This document shows, piece after piece, positions 47,697 through 56,907 of a stretch of DNA of 64,000 nucleotides. The DNA is from Terriglobia bacterium (GTDB lineage Bacteria; Acidobacteriota; Terriglobia; Acidiferrales; UBA7541): contig OY968796.1 of the NCBI GenBank assembly GCA_963695545.1, forward strand, positions 2,752,001 through 2,816,000. Direction: 5' to 3'. The notes beneath the pieces were generated by a model. It had not been told where the DNA came from. It worked only from the letters and a program-made list of their open reading frames with translations, and did not search any database. How positions within the stretch are numbered: the first letter of the stretch is position 1; the number at the start of each line of letters is the position of its first letter. The translations under genes and the position numbers were made by a program.

Positions 47697-49129
47697 GCCG
47701 GAAGCGCCGACCCAACCGACTGCGGCAGCACGCGCAGTTCGCCGCATCCCTTCCCGAGCGGCAAAATTTTCTGCGGGTTCAGCAAACCGTCGGGGTTGAA
47801 CGCCGCGCGCACCCGCCCCATCAGCGCCAGATCTTCCGGCGTGAACATCAACGGCATGAGCTCGTTTTTCTCCATGCCCACGCCGTGTTCGCCGGTCAGC
47901 GCCCCGCCCATCGCGATGCAATGCTCGATTATTTCGCGCGACGCCGCAACCACGCGCTCGAACTCTCCCGCATTCCGCGGATCGAACAAGATCAGCGGAT
48001 GCAAGTTGCCGTCGCCCGCGTGAAAAACATTGCCGATGCGGAAACCAGAGGCGCGGCCGATCTCCTCGATACGCCGCAGCGTTTCCGGCAGCCGCGTTCG
48101 CGGGATCACGCCGTCCAGCACGTAATAGCTCGGCGAAAGCCGGCCGATCGCGCCGAAAGCGTTCTTGCGCCCCTTCCAAAGCAGATCGCGTTCGTGCGCA
48201 TCGCGAGCCACGCGCACTTCGCGCGCGCCCCGCGCGCTGCACACCGCGGAAATTTCCGCGGCTTGCTCTTCCACCGCCTCCGACAATCCTTCCACTTCCA
48301 GCAGCAGCACCGCCGCGCAATCGCGTGGAAATCCGGCATGCACGAAATCTTCCACCGTGCGCAGCGTCCAGCCATCAAGCATTTCGCATGCCGCGGGCGT
48401 GATCCCGCGCCGTGTGATCTCAACCACCGATTCCGTCGCGTCGTCCACGCGATCGTAAACCGCCAGCAGCGTCTTCACCGCTTCCGGCACGCGCGAAAGC
48501 CGCACGGTGATTTCCGTGACCATCGCCAGCGTTCCTTCCGATCCCACCATCAGCCCCGTCAAATCGTATCCCAGCGGCTCCGCCGTTTTCCCGCCGATGC
48601 GCACCACGCGCCCGTCTTCCGGCAGCACAATCTCGAGACCCGTCACGTGATTCGTGGTCACGCCGTAAGCCAGCGTGTGCGGTCCGCCCGCGTTCTCCGA
48701 AACATTTCCGCCGATCGTGCACGATTTTTGGCTCGAAGGGTCGGGCGCGAAGTAAAGTCCCAGGTGTTCAACGGCGCGCGTGATATCCAAGTTCACCACG
48801 CCCGGTTGCACCGCGGCGCGCCGGCTCTCCGCGTCAATTTCAAGAATGCGATTCATCCGCGCGAACACCACAACGATTCCGCCCTCACGAGGCAACGCTC
48901 CACCCGAAAGGCCGGTCCCGGCGCCGCGGCCGACCAGCGGCGTCTCAAATCGCTTCGCGAGCCGCATAATTTCCGCCACGTCGCGCGTCGAACTTGGAAA
49001 GACCACGCAATCCGGCCGCGCCCGCTCGACCGATCCGTCGTATTCGTACATCAACAGGTCTTCGCGCGTGGCGAGCACCGCGTCGCGTCCCAAAAGATTC
49101 TGCAATTCGCGAATAAGTTTCGGATTCAA
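47693..49129 (-). CDS. glcD: Glycolate oxidase FAD-linked subunit
   Basis: RGAGTGLSGG, PDPSS...CTIGGN, GSEGTL, FHAGDGNLHP, TGEHGVG.EK, LNP.KI. Confidence 0.92.
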   Translation of the reverse strand: MNPKLIRELQNLLGRDAVLATREDLLMYEYDGSVERARPDCVVFPSSTRDVAEIMRLAKRFETPLVGRGAGTGLSGGALPREGGIVVVFARMNRILEIDAESRRAAVQPGVVNLDITRAVEHLGLYFAPDPSSQKSCTIGGNVSENAGGPHTLAYGVTTNHVTGLEIVLPEDGRVVRIGGKTAEPLGYDLTGLMVGSEGTLAMVTEITVRLSRVPEAVKTLLAVYDRVDDATESVVEITRRGITPAACEMLDGWTLRTVEDFVHAGFPRDCAAVLLLEVEGLSEAVEEQAAEISAVCSARGAREVRVARDAHERDLLWKGRKNAFGAIGRLSPSYYVLDGVIPRTRLPETLRRIEEIGRASGFRIGNVFHAGDGNLHPLILFDPRNAGEFERVVAASREIIEHCIAMGGALTGEHGVGMEKNELMPLMFTPEDLALMGRVRAAFNPDGLLNPQKILPLGKGCGELRVLPQSVGSALPA

Positions 49130-49509
49130 GGAATGTCGCGTTCGATCGATCCTGCGCTCGACAAATTTCGCACTCGTCGAGGCTGGAATCGCGCCCTCGC
49201 GCCACTATAGTCTTCGCCCCGCGGCTGCGTCAACGCAGCGCCCGCGGTCACGGTAGCGTTCCGCCGCGCTCCATCTCTCGTCAGCGTGTTAGGGCGATGA
49301 TCGCCGGGCTTGCCGTTGCCGTCCCGCCACAGCAATATTGTTTCGAATACTCATCTTTTACTTGACATTTGCTTTTACATTTGCTAATCTTCTTTATGTT
49401 CGCTCTCCGCAATTCGAATGGCACCGGGCCCTCACTTTTCCTTGGCTCGCGCCTGCGAGTGCCCAAGTCCGGCTCCATCGGCGACCGTTCCGCTTTTTGC
49501 CCACATCCC

Positions 49510-49608
49510 TCGTCTTTTCAATCAATTACGAACTGCTCGTGCACACATTTCCCGCAAGTCCCGTGTTCACATCATTTTATGAACTGCGTACCCGGGGGTG
49601 TCCCCCCC
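49510..49608. repeat. Copy 2 of the dispersed non-coding element
   Basis: caatcaatt...tgcac...tttcc...ccgggggtgtccccccc, colinear with the reverse complement of 22766-22870. Confidence 0.55.
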
Positions 49609-49841
49609 ACCGCTTCCGGCCTCGCCCGCTCCGCGCGAGACACGCACACTCCTGCGCCGGCTATCCTGCTCGTCCTATTGCGCTTACCGATTTTCGAGCG
49701 ACGCCCACAAAAACCCACTCGCCAGTGCTTCCTGCATGGTGCTGTGCAATTATGCTACTCTCCGTTTTCGCCGCGCATGCGGCACAGGAATCTCGAGATT
49801 CATTTCAAGGTGCGGGCTTCACTGCGAACCCGCCAGGAAAA

Positions 49842-50843
49842 ATGCCCCGACCTCGCGTCTACGTCACACATGCGCTCTTTGAAGCCCCGCGCGCGCAGCT
49901 CGTCGCGTCTTGCGATGCCGAGTTCTGGTCCGGCTCAAGCCGCCCGACGCGCGAAGAATTGCAACGCGCCGTGGCCGCAGCCGACGGCCTCGTCTCTCTC
50001 CTCACCGACCGCATCGATGACGCGCTCCTCGCCGCCGCCCCGCGCCTGCGCATCGTCGCCAACGTCGCCGTCGGTTACGACAATCTCGATCTCGCCGCAC
50101 TTAGTCGTCGCAAAATCGCGGCGACCAACACTCCCGGCGTGCTCGACGAAACCACGGCGGATCTGGCTTGGGCGCTGCTGCTCGCCGTCGCGCGGCGCAT
50201 CGTTGAAGCCGACGCACTCGCGCGCTCCGGAAAATGGCAAATGTGGGATCTCGATCAATTCTGCGGCGCCGACGTTTGGGGCAAAACTCTCGGCGTCGTC
50301 GGATTCGGACGCATCGGCCAGGCCGTGGCGCGCCGCGCGCAAGGTTTCCGTATGCGCGTGATTTATGCCAACGGTCACCGCGTCTCCGCCGACGTCGAAA
50401 AAGAATTGCGCGCGGAATATCGCACGCTCGACGCTCTCGTCGCCGAATCCGATTTCATCTCGCTTCACGTTCCGCTGAACGACACAACGCGCCACATGAT
50501 ATCCGCTCCGCAGTTCGCCGCCATGAAGCCAGCGGCCTATCTCATCAACACCTCGCGCGGCCCCGTAATCGATGAAGCCGCGCTGATCGCCGCGCTCGCC
50601 ACCGGACGCATCGCCGGAGCCGCGCTCGACGTTTACGAGCATGAACCCAAAATTCCCGACGGCCTGCGCCGCCCCAACGTGGTGATGACGCCGCACATCG
50701 GCTCGGCCTCAATCGAGACGCGCACAAAAATGGCCATGATCGCGGTGGAAAACGTAATCGAATTTTTCGCGGGCCGCCGTCCGCCCACGATCCTGAATCC
50801 TGAGGTTTTGCCGGAAAGCACGACCAGCGCCAAGCAGCCGTAG
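49842..50843 (+). CDS. D-2-hydroxyacid dehydrogenase (glyoxylate/hydroxypyruvate reductase-like)
   Basis: AVGYDN, NTPGVL, G.G.IG, SLHVPL, INTSRG, LDVYE.EP, PHIGSA. ATG 49842 after AGGA. Confidence 0.92.
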   Translation: MPRPRVYVTHALFEAPRAQLVASCDAEFWSGSSRPTREELQRAVAAADGLVSLLTDRIDDALLAAAPRLRIVANVAVGYDNLDLAALSRRKIAATNTPGVLDETTADLAWALLLAVARRIVEADALARSGKWQMWDLDQFCGADVWGKTLGVVGFGRIGQAVARRAQGFRMRVIYANGHRVSADVEKELRAEYRTLDALVAESDFISLHVPLNDTTRHMISAPQFAAMKPAAYLINTSRGPVIDEAALIAALATGRIAGAALDVYEHEPKIPDGLRRPNVVMTPHIGSASIETRTKMAMIAVENVIEFFAGRRPPTILNPEVLPESTTSAKQP

Positions 50844-50909
50844 AATCGGCGAAGCGAGATTTATCCACCTGCGGGCTCGACATCGAGCCCGCCAGAAAAG
50901 AGGATTCCA

Positions 50910-51341
50910 ATGCCCCACGTCACGCACAATCATCCGAAACTCACGCTCGACGGCGCCAAAGCCGTTCTCGCCGCCGCCGAGCGCCGCGCCGCCGAAATCG
51001 GCGTGCCCATGAACATAGCGATCGTTGATGACGGCGGTCATCTCGCCGCCTTCAGCCGCATGGACGGCGCGAAACTTTCCTCCGCGCGCATCTCGATCGC
51101 CAAGGCGCACGCCTCCGCGATCCGGCGCATGCCCACGGGCCCCGCCAACGACGATCCGTCGAGCGTCTTGATGTCGCTCAGCCTCGCGATCACCAGCCGC
51201 GCCCACCAGACGCCCATGCGCGGCGGCCTGCCGCTCCTCGCTGACGGGCAATGCATCGGCGCCATCGGCGTCAGCAACGGTTCCGAAGAACAAGACCTCG
51301 ACGTCGCGCGCGCCGGCGTGGCCGCGCTCGCGACTCGCTAG
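50910..51341 (+). CDS. glcG: GlcG/HbpS-family heme-binding protein
   Basis: IAIVDDGG.L..F.RMDGA, KA..SA, GGLP, GAIGVS.G..EQD. Confidence 0.85.
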   Translation: MPHVTHNHPKLTLDGAKAVLAAAERRAAEIGVPMNIAIVDDGGHLAAFSRMDGAKLSSARISIAKAHASAIRRMPTGPANDDPSSVLMSLSLAITSRAHQTPMRGGLPLLADGQCIGAIGVSNGSEEQDLDVARAGVAALATR

Positions 51342-51377
51342 CGCGCCGCGAAGTATTCGCATTCGCGCGCAATCAAA

Positions 51378-52715
51378 ATGTCCGAGCTCAAACATCTCGC
51401 GCGCACCATCTTCGATCGAACGCTCTGCGCCATCGACATTCCCGCGGCGTTCGCGCGCAAACTCTCTCGCTCCGCCACCGCGCTCGCTTGCGGCGATGAT
51501 GTTTTCGACCTCGCGCAATTCGAGCGCATTCGCGCCATCGCGTTCGGTAAAGCCGCGGTTGACATGGCGCGCAGTCTGCTTGCAACTCTCTCGTTCGATT
51601 CGTCCGGCGCTGCGCACAGAGCGCCTCACGTGGAGGGAATTCTCGTCGCCCCGTCGTTGCCGGCTGAGCCCGTGCCCGGCTTTCGCGCCATCGCCGCTGG
51701 CCATCCGCTGCCGGACGACGGCAGTCTCGAGGCCGGCCGCGCAATTCTCGATCTGCTGGCCGGCTGCGATCGTTTGACGCTCGTCTTCTTTTTACTCTCA
51801 GGCGGTGGCTCGTCGCTCGTCGAATTGCCGCTCGATTCCCGCGTCACACTGGCTGACGTGCAATCCCTGCATCGCGCTCTCGTCACCTGCGGCGCGTCCA
51901 TCGAAGAAATCAACGTCGTCAGGAAGCACGTTTCGGCCGTGAAAGGAGGCAGACTGGCCGCCGCCGCGCCCCACGCCACGAAGATCACTCTCGGCATCAG
52001 CGACGTTCCCGACGGCAGGGAATCGGCGCTCGCTTCCGGACCCACGCTCCCCGATCCTTCCACCGTTGTTGATGCGCGCCGCATCGTGCGCCGGTATGGC
52101 CTCGCCGAAAAATTGCCCGCGTCGCTCGCGCAAAAGTTTGCGCCGGGCGGCGACCTGCCAGAAACTCCGAAGCCCGGCGATCCCGCATTTCGCCGTGCGC
52201 ATTTCGCGCTCGTCCTCGGAATGCACGATTTGATTCATCCTGCGCATTGCGCCGCCGAGTCCTGCGGTTGCATCACGATCTGCGACAATTCCACCGACGA
52301 CTGGCCCGTCGCGCGCGCCGCCGATCATCTTTTGCTCCAACTCGCGCGAATTCGCGATGCGAATCCCGGTCGCCGCGTCGCGGTGATCGCCGACGGAGAA
52401 ATCTCCTCGCCGGTCACTGGCGACGGCGTCGGAGGACGCAACTCCGCGTTCGTTCTCGATTGCGTCTCGAAAATCGCGGGTCAGCCGATCGCCGTGCTGA
52501 GCGCCGGAACAGACGGCATCGACGGTTCAAGCCCCGCTGCCGGAGGCGTGGCCGACGGCGAATCGCTCGAGCGTGCGCGCGCGCTAGGCCTCGATCCAGC
52601 CGATTTCCAGCGCCGCAGCGATTCCTATTCTTTTTTTAACGCGCTGGGCGACGCGATCGAAACCGGTCCCACGGGGAATAATCTGCGCGATCTGAGGATT
52701 TTAATTGCGGAATAA
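51378..52715 (+). CDS. Glycerate kinase, DUF4147/MOFRL (TtuD/GckA-like) family
   Basis: FGKAA..MA, GHPLPD, LLSGGGS.L, RKH.S.VKGG.LA, SGPT, GGRN, GTDGIDG, TGPTGNN..D. Confidence 0.92.
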   Translation: MSELKHLARTIFDRTLCAIDIPAAFARKLSRSATALACGDDVFDLAQFERIRAIAFGKAAVDMARSLLATLSFDSSGAAHRAPHVEGILVAPSLPAEPVPGFRAIAAGHPLPDDGSLEAGRAILDLLAGCDRLTLVFFLLSGGGSSLVELPLDSRVTLADVQSLHRALVTCGASIEEINVVRKHVSAVKGGRLAAAAPHATKITLGISDVPDGRESALASGPTLPDPSTVVDARRIVRRYGLAEKLPASLAQKFAPGGDLPETPKPGDPAFRRAHFALVLGMHDLIHPAHCAAESCGCITICDNSTDDWPVARAADHLLLQLARIRDANPGRRVAVIADGEISSPVTGDGVGGRNSAFVLDCVSKIAGQPIAVLSAGTDGIDGSSPAAGGVADGESLERARALGLDPADFQRRSDSYSFFNALGDAIETGPTGNNLRDLRILIAE

Positions 52716-52800
52716 TCGAGATCGGCGAAGCGCAGCGCGGCGGCTCGAAAACTTGCCGCCCCAGTGCGCTTATCTCGAAAAGTTCGAGGGCCTGAGAAAT

Positions 52801-53592
52801 CTAAAGAATGAATCGCACCGCGCCGCCATCCACCGCCACGCTCACGCCATTCACGAAACTCGCGCGCTCGGAAACCAGAAACGCCACCACCGCGGCGAAT
52901 TCTTCCGGCTGCCCCACGCGTCCCAGCGGAATTTGCGCGGCCCAGCGCTCGAAAATCTTGTCGCGCGTTTCACCCGACGCCGCGGCTCGCGTATCGGCGA
53001 GCTCGCCGAGGCGATCGGTTTGCGTGAAGCCCGGGCAAACATTGTTCACGGTGATGCCGTGCGGTCCAAATTCATTCGCCAGCGTCTTCGCGAGCCCCGT
53101 GACCGCCGCGCGAATCGAATTCGAGAGCATCATGTTATCCAGCGGTTGCTTCACCGAATTCGACGTAATCGTCACCAACCGGCCCCAGCGATTCTTCTGC
53201 ATTCGCGGCAAAACTTCGCGTGCGAAATACACAGCGCTGAGAAGCGTCAAATCGACTGCCGTGCGCCACTCCTCGATCGTAACGTTAAGAAACGGTTTCG
53301 CCGGCGGACCGCCCGCGTTCGTCACGCAAATATCCACGCGTCCAAATCGTTTTTCGACCGCCGCAACGAATTGCGCCACACGATCGGCTTGCGTCACGTC
53401 GAACGCTTCGGAATACGCGGTGCGCCCCGACGCTTCGCGAATCGCCTGCGTCGCCTGTTCCAATCGCTCCGCGCTCCGCGCGCAAATCGCGACTTCGGCC
53501 CCTTCCTTCGCCAATTCGGTCGCCACGGCGAGGCCGAGCCCTTTGCTCGCCGCCGCCACGATCGCCACGCGCCCCTTCAGTCCCAGGTCCAT
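52801..53592 (-). CDS. Short-chain dehydrogenase/reductase
   Basis: MDLGLKG, AASKGLG, NAGGPP, IPLGR.G.PEE. Confidence 0.9.
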   Translation of the reverse strand: MDLGLKGRVAIVAAASKGLGLAVATELAKEGAEVAICARSAERLEQATQAIREASGRTAYSEAFDVTQADRVAQFVAAVEKRFGRVDICVTNAGGPPAKPFLNVTIEEWRTAVDLTLLSAVYFAREVLPRMQKNRWGRLVTITSNSVKQPLDNMMLSNSIRAAVTGLAKTLANEFGPHGITVNNVCPGFTQTDRLGELADTRAAASGETRDKIFERWAAQIPLGRVGQPEEFAAVVAFLVSERASFVNGVSVAVDGGAVRFIL

Positions 53593-53610
53593 CGTGCTCC
53601 TTGCGTCGCG

Positions 53611-53967
53611 CTATTTCGTGCCGCGCAGATAGCCGTCGTTTTTCGAGATCCAATCCTCGCGTCGCGGCGCGAAGATCTCCAGCGTTTCCGTCTCTTCCAG
53701 CGCCACGGCGCCGTGCGCAACGTTGCCCGGAATCAGCATCATCTCGCCTTTTGCGAGCGTAATCTCCCGGTCATCCATGATCATCAGCAGCGTGCCTTCC
53801 GTGACGATCGTGATTTGTTCGTTTGCGTGCTGATGCCGCGGCACTTTTGTCCCCGGCTCGAAGCGCATTCGCCCCAGCGAGATTTTTTCGCCGTTCAGCA
53901 TTTGCCGGTTCAGTCCGGCGGTCATCGGTTCGCTTTCGATCATTTCCCACGAAGTTTTTGTCGCCAA
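53611..53967 (-). CDS. Cupin-domain protein (KdgF-like)
   Basis: PRHQHANEQ, IPGNVAH, FAP.REDW; TTG 53967 after AAGAGGA. Confidence 0.85.
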   Translation of the reverse strand: MATKTSWEMIESEPMTAGLNRQMLNGEKISLGRMRFEPGTKVPRHQHANEQITIVTEGTLLMIMDDREITLAKGEMMLIPGNVAHGAVALEETETLEIFAPRREDWISKNDGYLRGTK

Positions 53968-54164
53968 GGTCGATTCCTCTTTTATGCCGTCTCCATGGCG
54001 CACAGGGCATGCGCTCTTCGGCATTGTGATCGTCCAATGAAAATCGCCGCGCGTCAACTCCTGCCGTTTACCGTCGCCGAGAGAAAGTCTCAGCAGGTGA
54101 AACCCCTCCTCCGAAATCGCCGAAACTCTTCGGCAAGGGAAACTTTCGCGGTAAAGTTGCCTCG

Positions 54165-54755
54165 ATGTTTTTTCTACGCCTCCTGGCCGGTCTGGTGCTC
54201 TTCGCCGAACTCCCGGTTCCGATCTACTGGCTCATTCTTCACCCCGGTCATCGTTTCTGGCGCACGCGCATTCGCACAGCCTTCTGGACCGCCGGCCTGA
54301 CCGCGTGGACACTCGGCGGCGTGCTCCTCTTTTATTTTCGCGCGCAGCTTCTGGCCGTCGCGCGCCCGCCCGCATGGATGATCGTCGCCGGCCTCGTGTT
54401 GATCGCGGTCGAGCCGATCATGTTGCGGCGCGTCGGGCGGGAACTGGGCCACATGCGTCTGGTCGGTCATGCCGAGCTGACCGGCGGCGGTGCGCTTGAA
54501 ACCTCTGGCCTTTACGCGCGCATGCGCCATCCGCGCTACAGTGCGATGTTCTGCGCCGTGCTCGGCGCGTGCCTCATCGCCGGCACCCCGCGACTCTGGA
54601 TCGTCGCCGCCGTGTGGTGGATTGTCGAACGCTTCACGATCGCGCTCGAGGAGCGCGAACTCCTCGCGCGTTTCGGTGAACCCTACGCCGCCTATCGCCG
54701 CCGCGTCCCTGGGTTTCTGCCGTTCCGCCTCTGGCCGCGTCCTCGCGAGCAATGA
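54165..54755 (+). CDS. Isoprenylcysteine carboxylmethyltransferase / phospholipid methyltransferase family membrane protein
   Basis: L.TSGLY..MRHPRY, EE..L..RFG..Y..Y...VP.F.P. Confidence 0.85.
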   Translation: MFFLRLLAGLVLFAELPVPIYWLILHPGHRFWRTRIRTAFWTAGLTAWTLGGVLLFYFRAQLLAVARPPAWMIVAGLVLIAVEPIMLRRVGRELGHMRLVGHAELTGGGALETSGLYARMRHPRYSAMFCAVLGACLIAGTPRLWIVAAVWWIVERFTIALEERELLARFGEPYAAYRRRVPGFLPFRLWPRPREQ

Positions 54756-54862
54756 TCCGCTCCGGCGCTTGACCTGCCCGGCGATCTTGATATGCTTCCG
54801 GGCGTCGCAGCCTAATGGTGGCGCCTGGCGGCTTCCTGAGGCGGCGACGCAGGAGGAAAACG

Positions 54863-56044
54863 ATGCGGCGTCTCTTCAGTCTCTCGGTCGTTTCCCCACT
54901 ACTTCTCGCGTTCCTCGTCGCCGCGCCGCGTACAGCGCGCGCGCAAATCACGCAACATGTCGGCATCCCCGCCGGCAGTGACCAAGACAAAGCGATCGCT
55001 GCTATCAACGCCGCGACCGATCCGACGCAAAAACTCGCGCTCATCGATAAATTCGGATCCGATAATCCTACCGGCGATTTGGCGCGCTTGGCCGACGAAC
55101 TCTACGTCGATTATTACGTCGCGCAGAAAGATAGCGCGAAGGTCTACGAATATGGCGAGAAAGCTCTGGCGCTCGATCCCGACGATTTCGACATCGCCGT
55201 CACGCTGGTTCGCACGGCGAACGACGCCGGGGATACCGATCGTATGTCCGGTTATGCGGAAAAGGCCGGCGCGATCGTCCAGCGCTACTTGCAACAGCCC
55301 GCTCCCACCGGCACCGACGCCGACACCTGGGGCAAGATGCGCAAGCAGGCCGTCGCCGGCGACCAGGACACTATCAACTACGTCGAGTACACTTTTTTCA
55401 GCGCGGCGTTCAAGGTCACCGACCCAAACGCGAAAGCCGCGCTGATGCTGCGTTACGCCGCCGCGTTTCCCGATTCACAATACACCGCGAAAGCCGAATT
55501 CCTAGCGCCGTTGTCCTATCAGCAGGCCAAAAATTATCCGAAGATGATTGAGGCCGCTAACGCCGCGCTGGTCCTCGAGCCCAACAACGTCGACGTCTTA
55601 CTGCTCCTCGCCGATTATTACAGCGAAAACGGAGTGCATCTCGATCTCGCCCAGGCCGACGCGAAAACGGCGCTCGCCGCGCTCGGCACGGCGAAAAAGC
55701 CGGACGATGTGACCGACGCCGATTGGCAGAAGCAGGTCGCGCTGCAGACGGGTCTCGCGTGGACGGCGATCGGCCAGGTGTACATCACGCAGAAAAACGA
55801 AGCCCAGGCGCTCACCGCGTTTCAAACTGCCGCGCCGCTGCTCAAAGGCAATCCAACCGTCTACGCGCGCAACGAGTACCGATTGGGATTCGCGCTGCTC
55901 AATCTAAAGCGCAATGCCGACGCCTATCAGGCGTTCACCGCGGCCGCATCCGTCGATAGCCCGTATCGCGCGCCGGCGCAGGAAAAAATCGCCGAGTTGC
56001 AGCACGCCGGCGTCGGCGCGCACACCACGCAGAAATCGCAGTAG
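54863..56044 (+). CDS. Secreted tetratricopeptide-repeat protein
   Basis: AGGAGG RBS, signal peptide, TPR-like units (ALALDP, ALVLEP, YRLG.AL). Confidence 0.8.
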   Translation: MRRLFSLSVVSPLLLAFLVAAPRTARAQITQHVGIPAGSDQDKAIAAINAATDPTQKLALIDKFGSDNPTGDLARLADELYVDYYVAQKDSAKVYEYGEKALALDPDDFDIAVTLVRTANDAGDTDRMSGYAEKAGAIVQRYLQQPAPTGTDADTWGKMRKQAVAGDQDTINYVEYTFFSAAFKVTDPNAKAALMLRYAAAFPDSQYTAKAEFLAPLSYQQAKNYPKMIEAANAALVLEPNNVDVLLLLADYYSENGVHLDLAQADAKTALAALGTAKKPDDVTDADWQKQVALQTGLAWTAIGQVYITQKNEAQALTAFQTAAPLLKGNPTVYARNEYRLGFALLNLKRNADAYQAFTAAASVDSPYRAPAQEKIAELQHAGVGAHTTQKSQ

Positions 56045-56071
56045 CCTCGATCAGAATTGGGATTGACGCAC

Positions 56072-56530
56072 ATGACTACGCCCGCGAGCGACGCCGACTT
56101 CATGCGCCTGGCACTTGAAGAGGCGCGCGCCGCGGCCGCGGCCGGAGAAGTTCCCGTCGGCGCGGTGCTCGCGATCGAAGGGCGGGTCGTGGCGCGCGCC
56201 GCCAATCGCACTATCGCCGATTGCGATCCCACCGCGCACGCCGAAATCCTTGCCCTGCGCGCCGCCGCGCGCGCGATCGGCAATCATCGCCTCCTCGGCT
56301 CTGCGCTCTACGTCACAATCGAACCGTGCGCCATGTGCGCCGGGGCAATGGTGCAAGCCCGCATCGCGCGCTTGATCTACGGAGCCGACGATCCTAAGGG
56401 CGGCGCGGTGCGCTCCAGTTTTCAAATCCTCGATCATCCCGCGCTCAACCATCGCATCGAAGTCGTCTCCGGCGTGCTCGCAGCCGAATGCGCCGCCGAG
56501 TTGCAGGCGTTTTTCGCCGCGCGCCGCTAA
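56072..56530 (+). CDS. tadA: tRNA adenosine(34) deaminase
   Basis: GEVPVGAV, DPTAHAE, LYVT.EPCAMCAGA, D.KGGA, LNH, FF..RR. Confidence 0.93.
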   Translation: MTTPASDADFMRLALEEARAAAAAGEVPVGAVLAIEGRVVARAANRTIADCDPTAHAEILALRAAARAIGNHRLLGSALYVTIEPCAMCAGAMVQARIARLIYGADDPKGGAVRSSFQILDHPALNHRIEVVSGVLAAECAAELQAFFAARR

Positions 56531-56609
56531 CGCCCGCCAATTTCCGATCGCCGCGATTTGCGAGCGCACACGCTTGTTCGCCGCCCGCGCACGCGATCTT
56601 GTTGCCGCA

Positions 56610-56638
56610 TTGCCGCGTTTTGCCGTGTCGGCTAGAAT
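56610..56638 (+). promoter_or_regulatory. Sigma70 promoter of tRNA-Ser
   Basis: TTGCCG (56610-56615), 17 bp, TAGAAT (56633-56638); tRNA begins at 56646. Confidence 0.6.
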
Positions 56639-56645
56639 AAAAAGC

Positions 56646-56734
56646 GGAGAGGTGTCTGAGCGGTTGAAAGAGCTCGCCTCGAAAGCGAGTAGCCTCAAAA
56701 GGGCTCGTGGGTTCAAATCCCACCCTCTCCGCCA
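56646..56734 (+). tRNA. tRNA-Ser(CGA)
   Basis: Acceptor GGAGAGG/CCTCTCC, discriminator G plus CCA; anticodon arm CTCGC-CTCGAAA-GCGAG; long variable arm; GGTTCAAATCC T-loop. Confidence 0.96.
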
Positions 56735-56907
56735 CTTTCGCAAGAATCCCCGTTTCGCGCTTACCGGCCGATGCTAGAAGCCCGCACCGTTTTTCTGGCG
56801 TCAGCCGAAGGCAAACCAGCGTGCTCGTCCCGTTGGAGACTTGGACATGCTCCCGCAAACGTCGGGCAGCGCATATGCGCGCAAAGTTACAATGTACGAA
56901 TTCGCTC

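Noticed and set aside
46299..48320. 673-aa ORF suggesting an extended or fused GlcE
   Set aside because: The upstream part overlaps glcD in another frame; the real start is ATG 47696, coupled to the glcD stop.
49338..49841. N-terminal extension of the 501-aa dehydrogenase ORF
   Set aside because: It runs through AT-rich repeat DNA; family similarity begins at MPRPRVYV (49842).
54072..54150. Glycine riboswitch
   Set aside because: Only fragmentary resemblance (GAAACTCT..GGCAA); the conserved elements are not in the right order and the downstream gene is unrelated to glycine.
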